From: Pseudomonadota bacterium
Lineage (GTDB): Bacteria > Bdellovibrionota_B > Oligoflexia > Oligoflexales > CAIYRB01
NCBI GenBank assembly: GCA_031416315.1
Contig: JANOTL010000094.1
Span: 41,357-105,356 of the forward strand
DNA length: 64,000 bases
Direction of reading: 5' to 3'
Shown here: piece after piece, positions 18,946 through 27,705 of the stretch
Position numbering within the stretch: position 1 is the first letter of the stretch
Layout of the letters: each line of letters opens with the position of its first letter
Translations under genes and position numbers: made by a program
Notes under the pieces: model-generated
What the model saw: the letters and a program-made list of their open reading frames with translations, nothing else
What the model was told of the DNA's origin: nothing
Database searches by the model: none

Positions 18946-19938
18946 TTAGCCGGCGTTCGGCCGCGGCGTTTCGGCGGTCGACGGCGGCAAAGACGGCAAG
19001 GTGATCTGCGGCTGCTTGCCCGTCAGCGTCTTCAAGAAGCTGACGATGTTTCGGACCTCCGGCGCCTCCAGCTCGATCCCCAGCTGGTGGCGGGCCATGA
19101 GCTCGACCGCGCCCTCCAGCGACCACTGCGAGCCGTCGTGAAAGTAGGGATAGGTGAGGGCGACGTTGCGCAGGGTCGGCACTTTGAAGACGTTGCGGTC
19201 GGCCGGATTCTTCGTCACCGCGCTGCGCCCCTCGATTTTCGAGTCGGTGACGAAGGGCTTGACCAGGCCCAGCTTTTGGAACGAGTTGCCGCCGACGGCC
19301 GGGCCATTGTGGCAGCCGGCACAACCGCGGTTCTTGAAGGATTCGTAGCCGGAGAGCTCGTCCTTGCTCAGCGCCGCGTCGTCGCCGCCGAGCCATCGGT
19401 CGAAGCGGGAGCCCGGCGTCACCAAGGTCTCCTCGAAGGCGGCGATCGCCTGTTGGACGCGCGGCATCGTGATCTCGCCGCCGCCGAAAGCGGCCACGAA
19501 CAGCGGCGCATAGCCGGGAATCGAGTGTAGCACCTTCACCGCGAGGTCGTGGTTCGAGCCCATCTCGCCTGGGTTCGCCACGGGGCCGCCGGCCTGCTCG
19601 ATCAGATCTTTGGCGCGACCGTCCCAGAACTGCGCCAGATTGTACGAGCTGTTGAGCACGGTCGGCGAGTTGATCGGGCCAAGGTTCCACTTGTGACCGA
19701 TCGACGAGGTCAGGTTGTCGGCCCCGCCCGTCGCGAGGTTGTGGCAGGAGTTGCAGCTGATGTAACCGGACTTCGATAGGCGCGGGTCGAAGAAGAGGGC
19801 TTTTCCGAGCTCGACGGCGGCGGGATTCGGCGCCTTCTTCGCGACGATCGCCTGGATCGGCTCGCCGGCGCGCGTGACCGCGACGGCCTGGGTGGTCGGA
19901 ATCAAGAGCCAAAATAGGACCGTTAGTAGGCTGCGCAT
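18946..19938 (-). CDS. ccpA: Diheme cytochrome c peroxidase
   Basis: LFFDPRLS, SCNSCH, QFWDGRA, CAGCH, FKVPTLRN, PYFHDG, Met ligand in AVELMARHQLG. Confidence 0.92.
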   Translation of the reverse strand: MRSLLTVLFWLLIPTTQAVAVTRAGEPIQAIVAKKAPNPAAVELGKALFFDPRLSKSGYISCNSCHNLATGGADNLTSSIGHKWNLGPINSPTVLNSSYNLAQFWDGRAKDLIEQAGGPVANPGEMGSNHDLAVKVLHSIPGYAPLFVAAFGGGEITMPRVQQAIAAFEETLVTPGSRFDRWLGGDDAALSKDELSGYESFKNRGCAGCHNGPAVGGNSFQKLGLVKPFVTDSKIEGRSAVTKNPADRNVFKVPTLRNVALTYPYFHDGSQWSLEGAVELMARHQLGIELEAPEVRNIVSFLKTLTGKQPQITLPSLPPSTAETPRPNAG

Positions 19939-20005
19939 GTCATCTCTCCAACTTGTTGGCGCCATCCTAGGCGAACTCAACGCTTGAAAATAATTCAATC
20001 GCGGC

Positions 20006-20020
20006 ATCATAATGATCGAT
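20006..20020. promoter_or_regulatory. Possible LysR box (T-N11-A)
   Basis: ATCATAATGATCGAT (ATC-N9-GAT) between divergent ccpA and lysR. Confidence 0.4.
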
Positions 20021-20043
20021 CAAAACGATCACGGGTGCGATGC

Positions 20044-20922
20044 ATGAGTTTTCGCGATCATCTCGAGAAAGTCCGCTACTTCCGCGCCGTTTGCGACGCC
20101 GGCAGTTTTCGGAAGGCCGCGGAGCAGCTGCACTTGTCGCAGTCGAGTCTCACCGTCGCGATCAAGAAGCTCGAAGGCAGCGTCGGGGAGCGCTTGCTGA
20201 TCCGCACGAAGAAGGGGACGCGCCCGACCGCCGCGGGCGACATGGTGCTCGCGTTCGCCAGAGACCTCGGCTTTCGCGTCGAAGATCTCGAGGCTCGGCT
20301 CCGCGCCCCCGATGGCACGGCCGCGGCGGGCCGCCTAAGGGTCGGCGCTTACGACAGCATCGCTGTCTACTGGTTGCCCCGCGTTTTACGCCATCTCCGG
20401 CGGGTGCTGCCCAACGTCAGCCTGTCGGTGTCGATCGGCTCGAGCGGCGTCTTGACCGACCGCGTCCGCGCGGGGGACCTCGACCTCGCGGTCGCCGTGG
20501 CGCCGACGGCGAGCGGGCCCTTGCGCATCGACGAGCTCTTCAAGGATCGTTTCAGCATCTTCGGGACGCGGCAGGTGGGCCGCGACCTCGTGCACCTGAT
20601 CGGCAACTTCGCGGCGCGCGTCGCGCCGGGCCAGAGCCTTAGCGACGTCTTGCACGAGCGAGGGATCGCGACCGCCGAAGGGCTGGAGGTCGAAAGCTTC
20701 GAAATCGCCAAGTCGCTGGCGTTGGAGAGCGTCGGACCTGCTGTTTTACCGCATCGCGTCGCAGAGTTCGGGCCCGCGGCCAAGCGCCTCGTGCGGGTCG
20801 GCGGGACGCCCCATTCCTTTGGCGTGCACAGCATCTGCCTGGTCACGCTCGACGAGCTGCACGAGCGCAATCGGCTCGTGCGGCGCGTCACTCAGGAGAT
20901 GAGGGCGGTGCGGCAGGCGTGA
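20044..20922 (+). CDS. LysR family transcriptional regulator
   Basis: GSFRKAAEQLHLSQSSLTVAIKKLE HTH. Confidence 0.93.
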   Translation: MSFRDHLEKVRYFRAVCDAGSFRKAAEQLHLSQSSLTVAIKKLEGSVGERLLIRTKKGTRPTAAGDMVLAFARDLGFRVEDLEARLRAPDGTAAAGRLRVGAYDSIAVYWLPRVLRHLRRVLPNVSLSVSIGSSGVLTDRVRAGDLDLAVAVAPTASGPLRIDELFKDRFSIFGTRQVGRDLVHLIGNFAARVAPGQSLSDVLHERGIATAEGLEVESFEIAKSLALESVGPAVLPHRVAEFGPAAKRLVRVGGTPHSFGVHSICLVTLDELHERNRLVRRVTQEMRAVRQA

Positions 20923-21065
20923 TCGCCGTCCGCAGCCGCATCCTCCGCAACGCTCGACTGATTTCGCCGCGTTTTGCGAATGGGCCAAGCGCGCCGGCAT
21001 CCGTCTTCTCAGGATCTTTTCACACTCTGCATTCTCCCGTCATTTTGTCCCGGCATCCTCGAAGC

Positions 21066-21761
21066 ATGTTTCTCGCCGACCTACACGTGCACACGAACTG
21101 GAGCGACGGCACCCTCTCGCTCCGCGAGGTCGTCGACTTGTACGGCGAGCGCGGCTTCGGCGCCATCGCCGTCACCGACCATCTCTGCGAGGAGAAGACG
21201 TTCCTCGGGCGCGCCGCGCGCCTCCTCGGACGCACGCTGACCCGCTCGACGCTGCCCGCGTACTATAAGGAGCTCCGGGAAGAGGCAGCGCGGGCCTTCG
21301 ACCAATACGGAATGATCTTGCTCCCGGGCCTGGAGCTGACGAAGAACTCCCTGAGCGCCAAAGACTCGGCGCATATCCTTGCGATCGGCCGCGAGACCGC
21401 GACTCCCGCCGATCTCGATGTCGCTGACGCGGCTCGCCTCATCCGCGCAGAGGGCGCGCTCGCCATCGCCGCGCATCCCGTGCACACCCGCCGCGTCGAG
21501 CCGCAAACGTATGCGATCTGGAGCCGGCGTCACGAGCTCGCGACGGCGTTCGATGCATGGGAGGTGGCGAGCGGGCCGTACTTCTTCGATGAAGTCGCGG
21601 CATCGCGCCTGCCGAAGATCGCTTCCAGCGATCTGCACCATCGTCGGCAGATCACGTCTTGGAAGACGGAGCTCGACTGCGAGCTTCATCCCGAGGCGAT
21701 CTTGGACGCGGTGCGGCGGCAGGAGGTGCGGTTTCGGTTCTATTCGGCCGAAGTCGCCTGA
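21066..21761 (+). CDS. PHP domain metallophosphoesterase
   Basis: DLHVHTNWSDG, AVTDH, AHP, SSDLH. Confidence 0.9.
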   Translation: MFLADLHVHTNWSDGTLSLREVVDLYGERGFGAIAVTDHLCEEKTFLGRAARLLGRTLTRSTLPAYYKELREEAARAFDQYGMILLPGLELTKNSLSAKDSAHILAIGRETATPADLDVADAARLIRAEGALAIAAHPVHTRRVEPQTYAIWSRRHELATAFDAWEVASGPYFFDEVAASRLPKIASSDLHHRRQITSWKTELDCELHPEAILDAVRRQEVRFRFYSAEVA

Positions 21762-21775
21762 AACGCTTCCCGTGA

Positions 21776-22810
21776 TCAGGGCGTCAGCTCTTGGGACAAG
21801 GTCGTGAACGCGCCGTTCGCTTTCAGCTTGGCGAGCAAGGCTTCGACGGTCGCCTGAGCCGCGGGGGCGACGGTGTCGGTCGCCTCGCCGGCGCCGGCGT
21901 TGTTCTGCACTTCCGACTCGTCTTTCAGCTCACCGATGACGCCGACCGCTTGCGCCATCGCCAAGAAAAGGCAGGGCGTGATGCGGGTCGGATTCGTCTC
22001 GGACGGCGCCGCCGGAAGCTTTCCGTACTTGCTAGCGGCGATGGAAGACGTCGGCAACGCGGCGAAATCGGGGCTCGGACAGGCGGAGTCGAGCGGCGCC
22101 AGCAGCACGAGGCCGTTGAGAACGCGCGCCTCGATCAAAAACCAACGCAGGCGTCGGCGCAGCTCGTGAATGCCTTTGCCTTCTTCCAGGTGGGAAAGGT
22201 CCCACGCGGTGGTCTCGAGCTCGTCGAGCTCTTCGCGCAGCACGGCGAAGCGATCGGCCTTGTCGGCTTCATAGTCCTTCCAGGGGAACGCGGTGAGCTT
22301 GGCGAGCACGTCGTCGAGGAAAGGCGTGCCGCCGTCGGTCGGATAGTAGCGGCCGTCGACGAGCAGCGTCTCGAGCTCGGTCCTCGCCTCGTCGCGCTTC
22401 TTCTTCAGCTTCGTGATGGCGGCGGCGGCGGCGTTCTGTTGCTCGGCCTTCGCGAGGATCGACGTCCACTTGTCGACGCTGCCGATTTTGTCCTCGAGGT
22501 CTTTGAAGCTCTTCCGCCAGGCGGCGAACATCGGGTCGTCGTTGGCGTAGAGTCGGCCGAGCGCCTGCAAGTTGAAGGCGGCGATCCGATTGTCGCCCTT
22601 GACGAGGTCCTTAGCGGCCTTCGCCGCCGTGGCATTCTCGGCGATCGTCTTGCTCAAGACGCGCAGCCAAACCTGGAAGCGCTCGATTTGCGGTGCGGGG
22701 GTCGAAGCCGCGATGCTGCCTTCTTTCACCTCGGCGACGCTGGGCGAGGTCGTGCGGCAGCCGGACGACGCGAATGCGAGGGCAAAACCGGCAAAAAGAA
22801 ATGACTTCAT
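21776..22810 (-). CDS. Lipoprotein with CHAD-like domain
   Basis: SSGC lipobox, GGAGG RBS; FKDLEDKIGSVD, IHELRRRLRW, IGELKD CHAD-like motifs. Confidence 0.7.
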   Translation of the reverse strand: MKSFLFAGFALAFASSGCRTTSPSVAEVKEGSIAASTPAPQIERFQVWLRVLSKTIAENATAAKAAKDLVKGDNRIAAFNLQALGRLYANDDPMFAAWRKSFKDLEDKIGSVDKWTSILAKAEQQNAAAAAITKLKKKRDEARTELETLLVDGRYYPTDGGTPFLDDVLAKLTAFPWKDYEADKADRFAVLREELDELETTAWDLSHLEEGKGIHELRRRLRWFLIEARVLNGLVLLAPLDSACPSPDFAALPTSSIAASKYGKLPAAPSETNPTRITPCLFLAMAQAVGVIGELKDESEVQNNAGAGEATDTVAPAAQATVEALLAKLKANGAFTTLSQELTP

Positions 22811-23396
22811 GAGGGCCTCCGGGCTTTCACCGGGGATCGGCGCGGGCCCAGGCTTGGTGCAGATAGAATTTGCAAGTGCCTGAATTTGCGGGAAAGCCCA
22901 GTGCTTTTGCGCGGGGGCAACGACGAGGTGCCCGGGGCCGAAGTCGGAGTAGCTGTCCAAGCGGTCATAGTAGAGGCGGCGTGAGTTACCGAAACAGCTC
23001 ATGTAGTAGAAGCCGGTCGCGAGCTCGTACGCCGCTTGCGCGCTGCCGGGCGAAATCATGCGCGTAGAGAAAGTTGATGCCCTTGAGCTATCACCCGAAA
23101 TGCTTTCGGGACAGGCACGTTCGTCAGATATCGGAGTTCGCGACGCACCTCGAGCGGTGAGGAGGCAACCGCGTCGACGGAGCGAAAGGCTCGCGTTACC
23201 GAAGTGAACGTCGCACAGGTGAGTTTCCTCGGCCGCGGCGCGCGCGAGAAAGTGCATCTGGAGTCAACGGCGCACCTTCGCATCTGCGAGATGCTAACAC
23301 GCGGACAAGGCAGCAGGACGGGCGCTTTCAGGCTAAAATACTAATATCGCTAATTTATCCCAGGATTTCATTGGACCTCGCCCGACGATTTGGGGC

Positions 23397-26300
23397 ATGA
23401 TCTTTGCGTCTGTTCCTCTGCGTCAGCCGGAGAGCATCACGAACGAAAATTCCGAAAATCCGAGCCCTCAGCCATCCGATCCCTATAGCGACGGTCGGAA
23501 GCTGCGCGACATCCTCGATACCGCGTACGACGCCTTCGTCGCGATCGACGCCGCGTCGGTGGTCACCGACTGGAACCGCCAGGCGGAGGCCACCTTCGGT
23601 TGGACGCGCGCGGAAGCGCTCGGTCGGCCGCTGGCGGCGCTGATCCTGCCGGCGCGCTTTCGGGCGGCGCACGAGAGCGGCATTGCCCATTTCTTCGCGA
23701 CCGGCGTTGGTCCGGTCCTCGGCCGCAGGATCGAGCTCCCGGCCGTGCACAAGTCGGGCGTCGAGATTCCGATCGAGCTCACGGTCTCCGCGATCAAGCG
23801 CGAGGACGGCACCACGTTCGCTGCCTTCCTCCACGACATCTCCGACCGCAGGCGCGCCGAGCGCAACATGGCGGTGCAGCTCGGCGTCACCCGCATCACC
23901 GCCGAGCTCTCGTCCGTCGAGGTCGCACTCGAGCGCACGCTCCATCTACTTTGCAGGGATCTGGGCTGGGCCTTCGGCGCGATCTGGACGGTCGAAGGAG
24001 ACACGTTGCACTGCGTTCAGGCCTGGCACGACGGCAGTGAAGAGCTTCTTGCCTTCGAAAAGACGTCGCGGAGCGCGCGATTCGGCAAGGGCGGCACGCT
24101 TCCCGGTCGCGTGTGGGCATCGGGTGCGCCGTCTTGGATCGCGGCCTTCCAGGACGACACGAGCTTGCCGCGCGCAAGTGCCGCGGCCTCGGCGGGCCTT
24201 TTCAGTGCCGCAGCCTTCCCGATCTGGAATTCGGACGAGTTCGTCGGTGTCATCGAGCTGTTTTCGGCGCAGGTGGAAGAGCCGGACGAGGCCCTCCTCG
24301 CGATGATGGCCGACGTCGGGGCTCGCCTCGGCATGTTCGTCCACCGAAGTAAGGCGGAGGCCCAAGTTCGCCTCACGGACGAGCGCGAGCGTCTCTTGGC
24401 CGAAATGGAGTTTCGCACGGTCTTCGACCTGACCGCGACCGGCGCCGCACAGATCGAAGCGCATTCGCGCCGCTTTCTCCGCGTCAACCCGAAATTCTGC
24501 GAGATGCTCGGCTATGCCGCGAGCGAGCTGACCGGCCTTTCGCTCGTCGACGTGACGCATGCCGACGACCGCGCGGAGGTCGGGCGCTCCCTGCGCGACC
24601 TCGTCGAGGGCCGCTGCCAGAATCTGACGCAAGAGCATCGCTTCTTGCGCAAGGACGGTACGTCGGGCTGGGCGATCCTGTCGGCGACCATGGTGCGCGA
24701 CGCCGCGCGCGGGGCCCACCGCGTGATCACGATCCATCAGGACGTCACCGAGCGCCGCCTCGGGGAGGAAAGGCAACGTTTTTTGGCCGAGGCCGCGAGC
24801 GTCCTCGGCTCCCTCGACTACCAAACGAACCTCACCAACCTGACGCATTTAGTCGTGCCGGGGCTCGCCGACTGGTGCGCCATCGACGTCGTCGACGAGA
24901 CCGGCAAGCTGAAGCGACTCGCGATCGCCCATGTGGATCCCGCCAAGGTCCATTGGGCACGCGAGCTGCACGAGCGCTACCCGGCACATCAGGATGCAAC
25001 GTTCGGCCTTCCTCAGGTCATCCGCACGGGGCGCCCGGAGCTCTATGCGGAGATCTCCGACGAGCTGCTGCAAGCCTCAGCGGTCGACGCCGAGCACCTG
25101 GAAATCATGCGCGCCATCGGCCTGCGCTCCGGCATGATCGTTCCTTTGGCATTTCGCGACCGCGTCCTGGGCGCGCTGTCCATGGTCAGCGACGAATCGG
25201 GCCGCCGCTTCACTCCGAGCGATCTCGAGTTCGCGATTGAGCTCGGCCGCCGCGCCGGCATGGCGATCGAGAACGCGCGCCTCTATCGCGAGTCCGTCGC
25301 GACGAACCGGATGAAGGACGAGTTCCTCGCCACTTTGTCACACGAGCTGCGCACGCCGCTGAACAGCATCGTCGGTTGGACCGAGCTCATCCGGAACAAG
25401 GAGATCGAGCCCGAAGAGGTCGACGAGGCGATCGAGGTCATCTTCCGCAACGCCCACTCGCAGGTGCAACTGATCACCGATCTGCTCGACGTCTCCCGCA
25501 TCATCACGGGGAAGCTCCACATCGACCCGGTTTCGGTCGATGTTTGGACGGTCGTGACCGAGGCGGTCAGCTCGGTCAAGCTCGCCGCCAAGGCGAAAGG
25601 GCTCACGTTGGTGCAAGACGGCGAAGCCTTCGCTCTCACGATCGAGGGCGATCGAGACCGCCTGCGGCAGGTCGTGTGGAACCTCCTGACCAACGCGATC
25701 CGCTTCACGCCGAGAGGCGGCGTCGTCACGGTGCGGGCGCGAAGGCTCGACGCCCAGGTCGAGATCGCCGTCATCGACGACGGCGAAGGCATCGACCCGG
25801 GCTTCCTGCCGCACGTCTTCGAGCGCTTTCGGCAGGAAGACAGCTCAGTGACGCGGCGCCACGGGGGCCTAGGTCTCGGGCTCGCGATCGTCCGCCACAT
25901 CGTGGAGCTGCACGGGGGCACGGTCGCGGCTGCCAGCGCTGGCCATGGCAAGGGCGCCTCCTTCGTCGTGACGCTGCCGCATTGGTGCACGCCTCTGGCG
26001 GAGCCGCCCCCGCTGGCGCCGACCGCCAAGCACCTCGCTCCCGCCGCGATCGAGGCGTTCACTGGGCTTCAGATCTTGGTCGTCGACGACGACCGCGATT
26101 CCCGGCTCATGCTCCGCCGCATTCTGCAGAATCAGGGCGCGAGCGTCCTAGAGGCCGCGAGCGCAGAGGCCGCCTTGGAGCTCCTCCATGCCCACCACTT
26201 CGACCTCATGGTCAGCGACATCGGCATGCCCGACATGGACGGCTACGAGCTGATCCGCCGGATCCGCGCCGATCCTAGCCCAGCCGTGGCCCAGGTCGCG

Positions 26301-26444
26301 GCAATCGCCTTGACGGCGTACGCGCGGGACGAGGAGCGGCGCGCGGCCTTACGCGCGGGCTTCCAGGAGCACGTCCCGAAGCCTTTGAAGTCCGAGGTCT
26401 TGATCGAAAAGATCCGCGCCCTCGCCGCCGCGGCGCGGCGCTGA
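23397..26444 (+). CDS. Hybrid sensor kinase PAS-GAF-PAS-GAF-HisKA-HATPase-REC
   Basis: DWNRQAE PAS, LPGRVW GAF, LSHELRTPL, NLLTNA, GGLGLGL, SDIGMPDMDG. Confidence 0.95.
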   Translation: MIFASVPLRQPESITNENSENPSPQPSDPYSDGRKLRDILDTAYDAFVAIDAASVVTDWNRQAEATFGWTRAEALGRPLAALILPARFRAAHESGIAHFFATGVGPVLGRRIELPAVHKSGVEIPIELTVSAIKREDGTTFAAFLHDISDRRRAERNMAVQLGVTRITAELSSVEVALERTLHLLCRDLGWAFGAIWTVEGDTLHCVQAWHDGSEELLAFEKTSRSARFGKGGTLPGRVWASGAPSWIAAFQDDTSLPRASAAASAGLFSAAAFPIWNSDEFVGVIELFSAQVEEPDEALLAMMADVGARLGMFVHRSKAEAQVRLTDERERLLAEMEFRTVFDLTATGAAQIEAHSRRFLRVNPKFCEMLGYAASELTGLSLVDVTHADDRAEVGRSLRDLVEGRCQNLTQEHRFLRKDGTSGWAILSATMVRDAARGAHRVITIHQDVTERRLGEERQRFLAEAASVLGSLDYQTNLTNLTHLVVPGLADWCAIDVVDETGKLKRLAIAHVDPAKVHWARELHERYPAHQDATFGLPQVIRTGRPELYAEISDELLQASAVDAEHLEIMRAIGLRSGMIVPLAFRDRVLGALSMVSDESGRRFTPSDLEFAIELGRRAGMAIENARLYRESVATNRMKDEFLATLSHELRTPLNSIVGWTELIRNKEIEPEEVDEAIEVIFRNAHSQVQLITDLLDVSRIITGKLHIDPVSVDVWTVVTEAVSSVKLAAKAKGLTLVQDGEAFALTIEGDRDRLRQVVWNLLTNAIRFTPRGGVVTVRARRLDAQVEIAVIDDGEGIDPGFLPHVFERFRQEDSSVTRRHGGLGLGLAIVRHIVELHGGTVAAASAGHGKGASFVVTLPHWCTPLAEPPPLAPTAKHLAPAAIEAFTGLQILVVDDDRDSRLMLRRILQNQGASVLEAASAEAALELLHAHHFDLMVSDIGMPDMDGYELIRRIRADPSPAVAQVAAIALTAYARDEERRAALRAGFQEHVPKPLKSEVLIEKIRALAAAARR

Positions 26445-26520
26445 CGCCGATCCGAGAAATCGGGGTCTCAAAAAGGCAACATCGGCCCGGCGAAAAGCGA
26501 ATGATCTCGCGACGGAGGCT

Positions 26521-26536
26521 TGGTCTCGCACTTGCA
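26521..26536 (+). promoter_or_regulatory. Putative sigma54 promoter
   Basis: TGGTCTCGCACTTGCA. Confidence 0.55.
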
Positions 26537-26606
26537 ATTGCGTTCTCGGGCCGAGCCTCGGCCGGTCCTGACGCGGCGCCGAAGGAGGCGCCGAAAGAGG
26601 CATTTC

Positions 26607-27077
26607 ATGATCGCCGACGACGAAATCCTGCCGCACGACGCCATAGCCTTCCTGAAAGCTAGGCATCGTGACGTCGCTGATCTTTTCGAAGATCTGACGA
26701 AAGGGGGCGCGGTCCCGACCCTGGGCTCCAAGCGCGCGAGCCTCAAGCTCATCGCGCAGCGGCTCGAGCATCACGCCCAAATCGAAGAGACCCTCGTCTA
26801 CCCGGAGACGCAGCCGATCGACCCAAGCCGCACCACGGAGGCACGCGAGGAGCACGCCGTCGTTCGCGTCCTGGTCGAGGAGCTCAAGGCGACCGATCCG
26901 AGCGACGCGCGCTTCATGGACCGGATGATCGTCCTGCAGGAATTCGTCGAGCATCACGTCGATCAGGAAGAGCGCAATTACTTCCCGAAGATCAGGAAGC
27001 GCCTCGACCCGGCGCGCATGCAGAACTTAGGGAAACAACTCGCGGCATCGTTCGCGGTCTTATCAGGAGGAGTTTGA
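26607..27077 (+). CDS. Hemerythrin/HHE cation-binding protein
   Basis: LKARH, HAQIEETLVYP, AREEH, HHVDQEE..FP. Confidence 0.9.
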   Translation: MIADDEILPHDAIAFLKARHRDVADLFEDLTKGGAVPTLGSKRASLKLIAQRLEHHAQIEETLVYPETQPIDPSRTTEAREEHAVVRVLVEELKATDPSDARFMDRMIVLQEFVEHHVDQEERNYFPKIRKRLDPARMQNLGKQLAASFAVLSGGV

Positions 27078-27079
27078 CC

Positions 27080-27556
27080 TTGGCCAAGAAATCGAACAAG
27101 AAGCAGCCCGTGGCGCCAGCAACCGCAACCGCAACCGTCGCCGCTTCTTCGCAAGCGGAGCCAGTTTCCTCCGACGAGGCGGAGCCCACTTCGGAGGCAG
27201 AGCCGTTCACCCCGGCCGTCATCGTCGGCCACGAGCCGCTCGATCCGACGAAGGAAGGCGTCCTGCGCCACCTCGACGGGACGAAGAACATCCTGGCGAC
27301 GAAGCTCGGCGCCGTCGCAGCCAAGATCGAGGCCGTCGGCCCGAAGCTCGGCAGCCTCGCGCCGGTCTGCACGAAGATCGCGAAGAGCCTGAGCCACGGC
27401 CAGGAAGTGCTCGGCACCCGCACGACGACGCAGTTCGCGTACCAAGGTCTTTGGTTGGCGCAGCACAATCCCTTGACCCAGCCGATCATCGACGCCGCCG
27501 CGCGCGTGCGCTCGGCCGTGTCGAAGAAGCCGCGGCAGTCGCAGGCGCACGTTTAA
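27080..27556 (+). CDS. Hypothetical protein
   Basis: AGGAGG RBS, coupled to the hemerythrin gene, GC3-biased codons. Confidence 0.65.
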   Translation: MAKKSNKKQPVAPATATATVAASSQAEPVSSDEAEPTSEAEPFTPAVIVGHEPLDPTKEGVLRHLDGTKNILATKLGAVAAKIEAVGPKLGSLAPVCTKIAKSLSHGQEVLGTRTTTQFAYQGLWLAQHNPLTQPIIDAAARVRSAVSKKPRQSQAHV

Positions 27557-27578
27557 GGAAGATCGGCTGTGGCTCTCG

Positions 27579-27616
27579 GATCCGGCGCCAGGAACCCCGT
27601 TCCTGTGCGCTGGATC
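27579..27616. terminator. Hairpin between convergent genes, possible terminator
   Basis: GATCCGGCGC-CAGGAAC-CCC-GTTCCTG-T-GCGCTGGATC; no clear U tract. Confidence 0.45.
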
Positions 27617-27705
27617 TCGTCTTTATCCGGCTCTAACACCGTCGCCGAGCGCGATGACGGCTTCGACATGGGCCGTCCCTTTGTTGCTGCCGCTCGCTTC
27701 TGCCT

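Noticed and set aside
18128..19912. 594-aa ORF that seems to overlap ccpA
   Set aside because: Only the last 244 codons, from the lipoprotein start at 18862, look real; the rest is an alternative frame of ccpA
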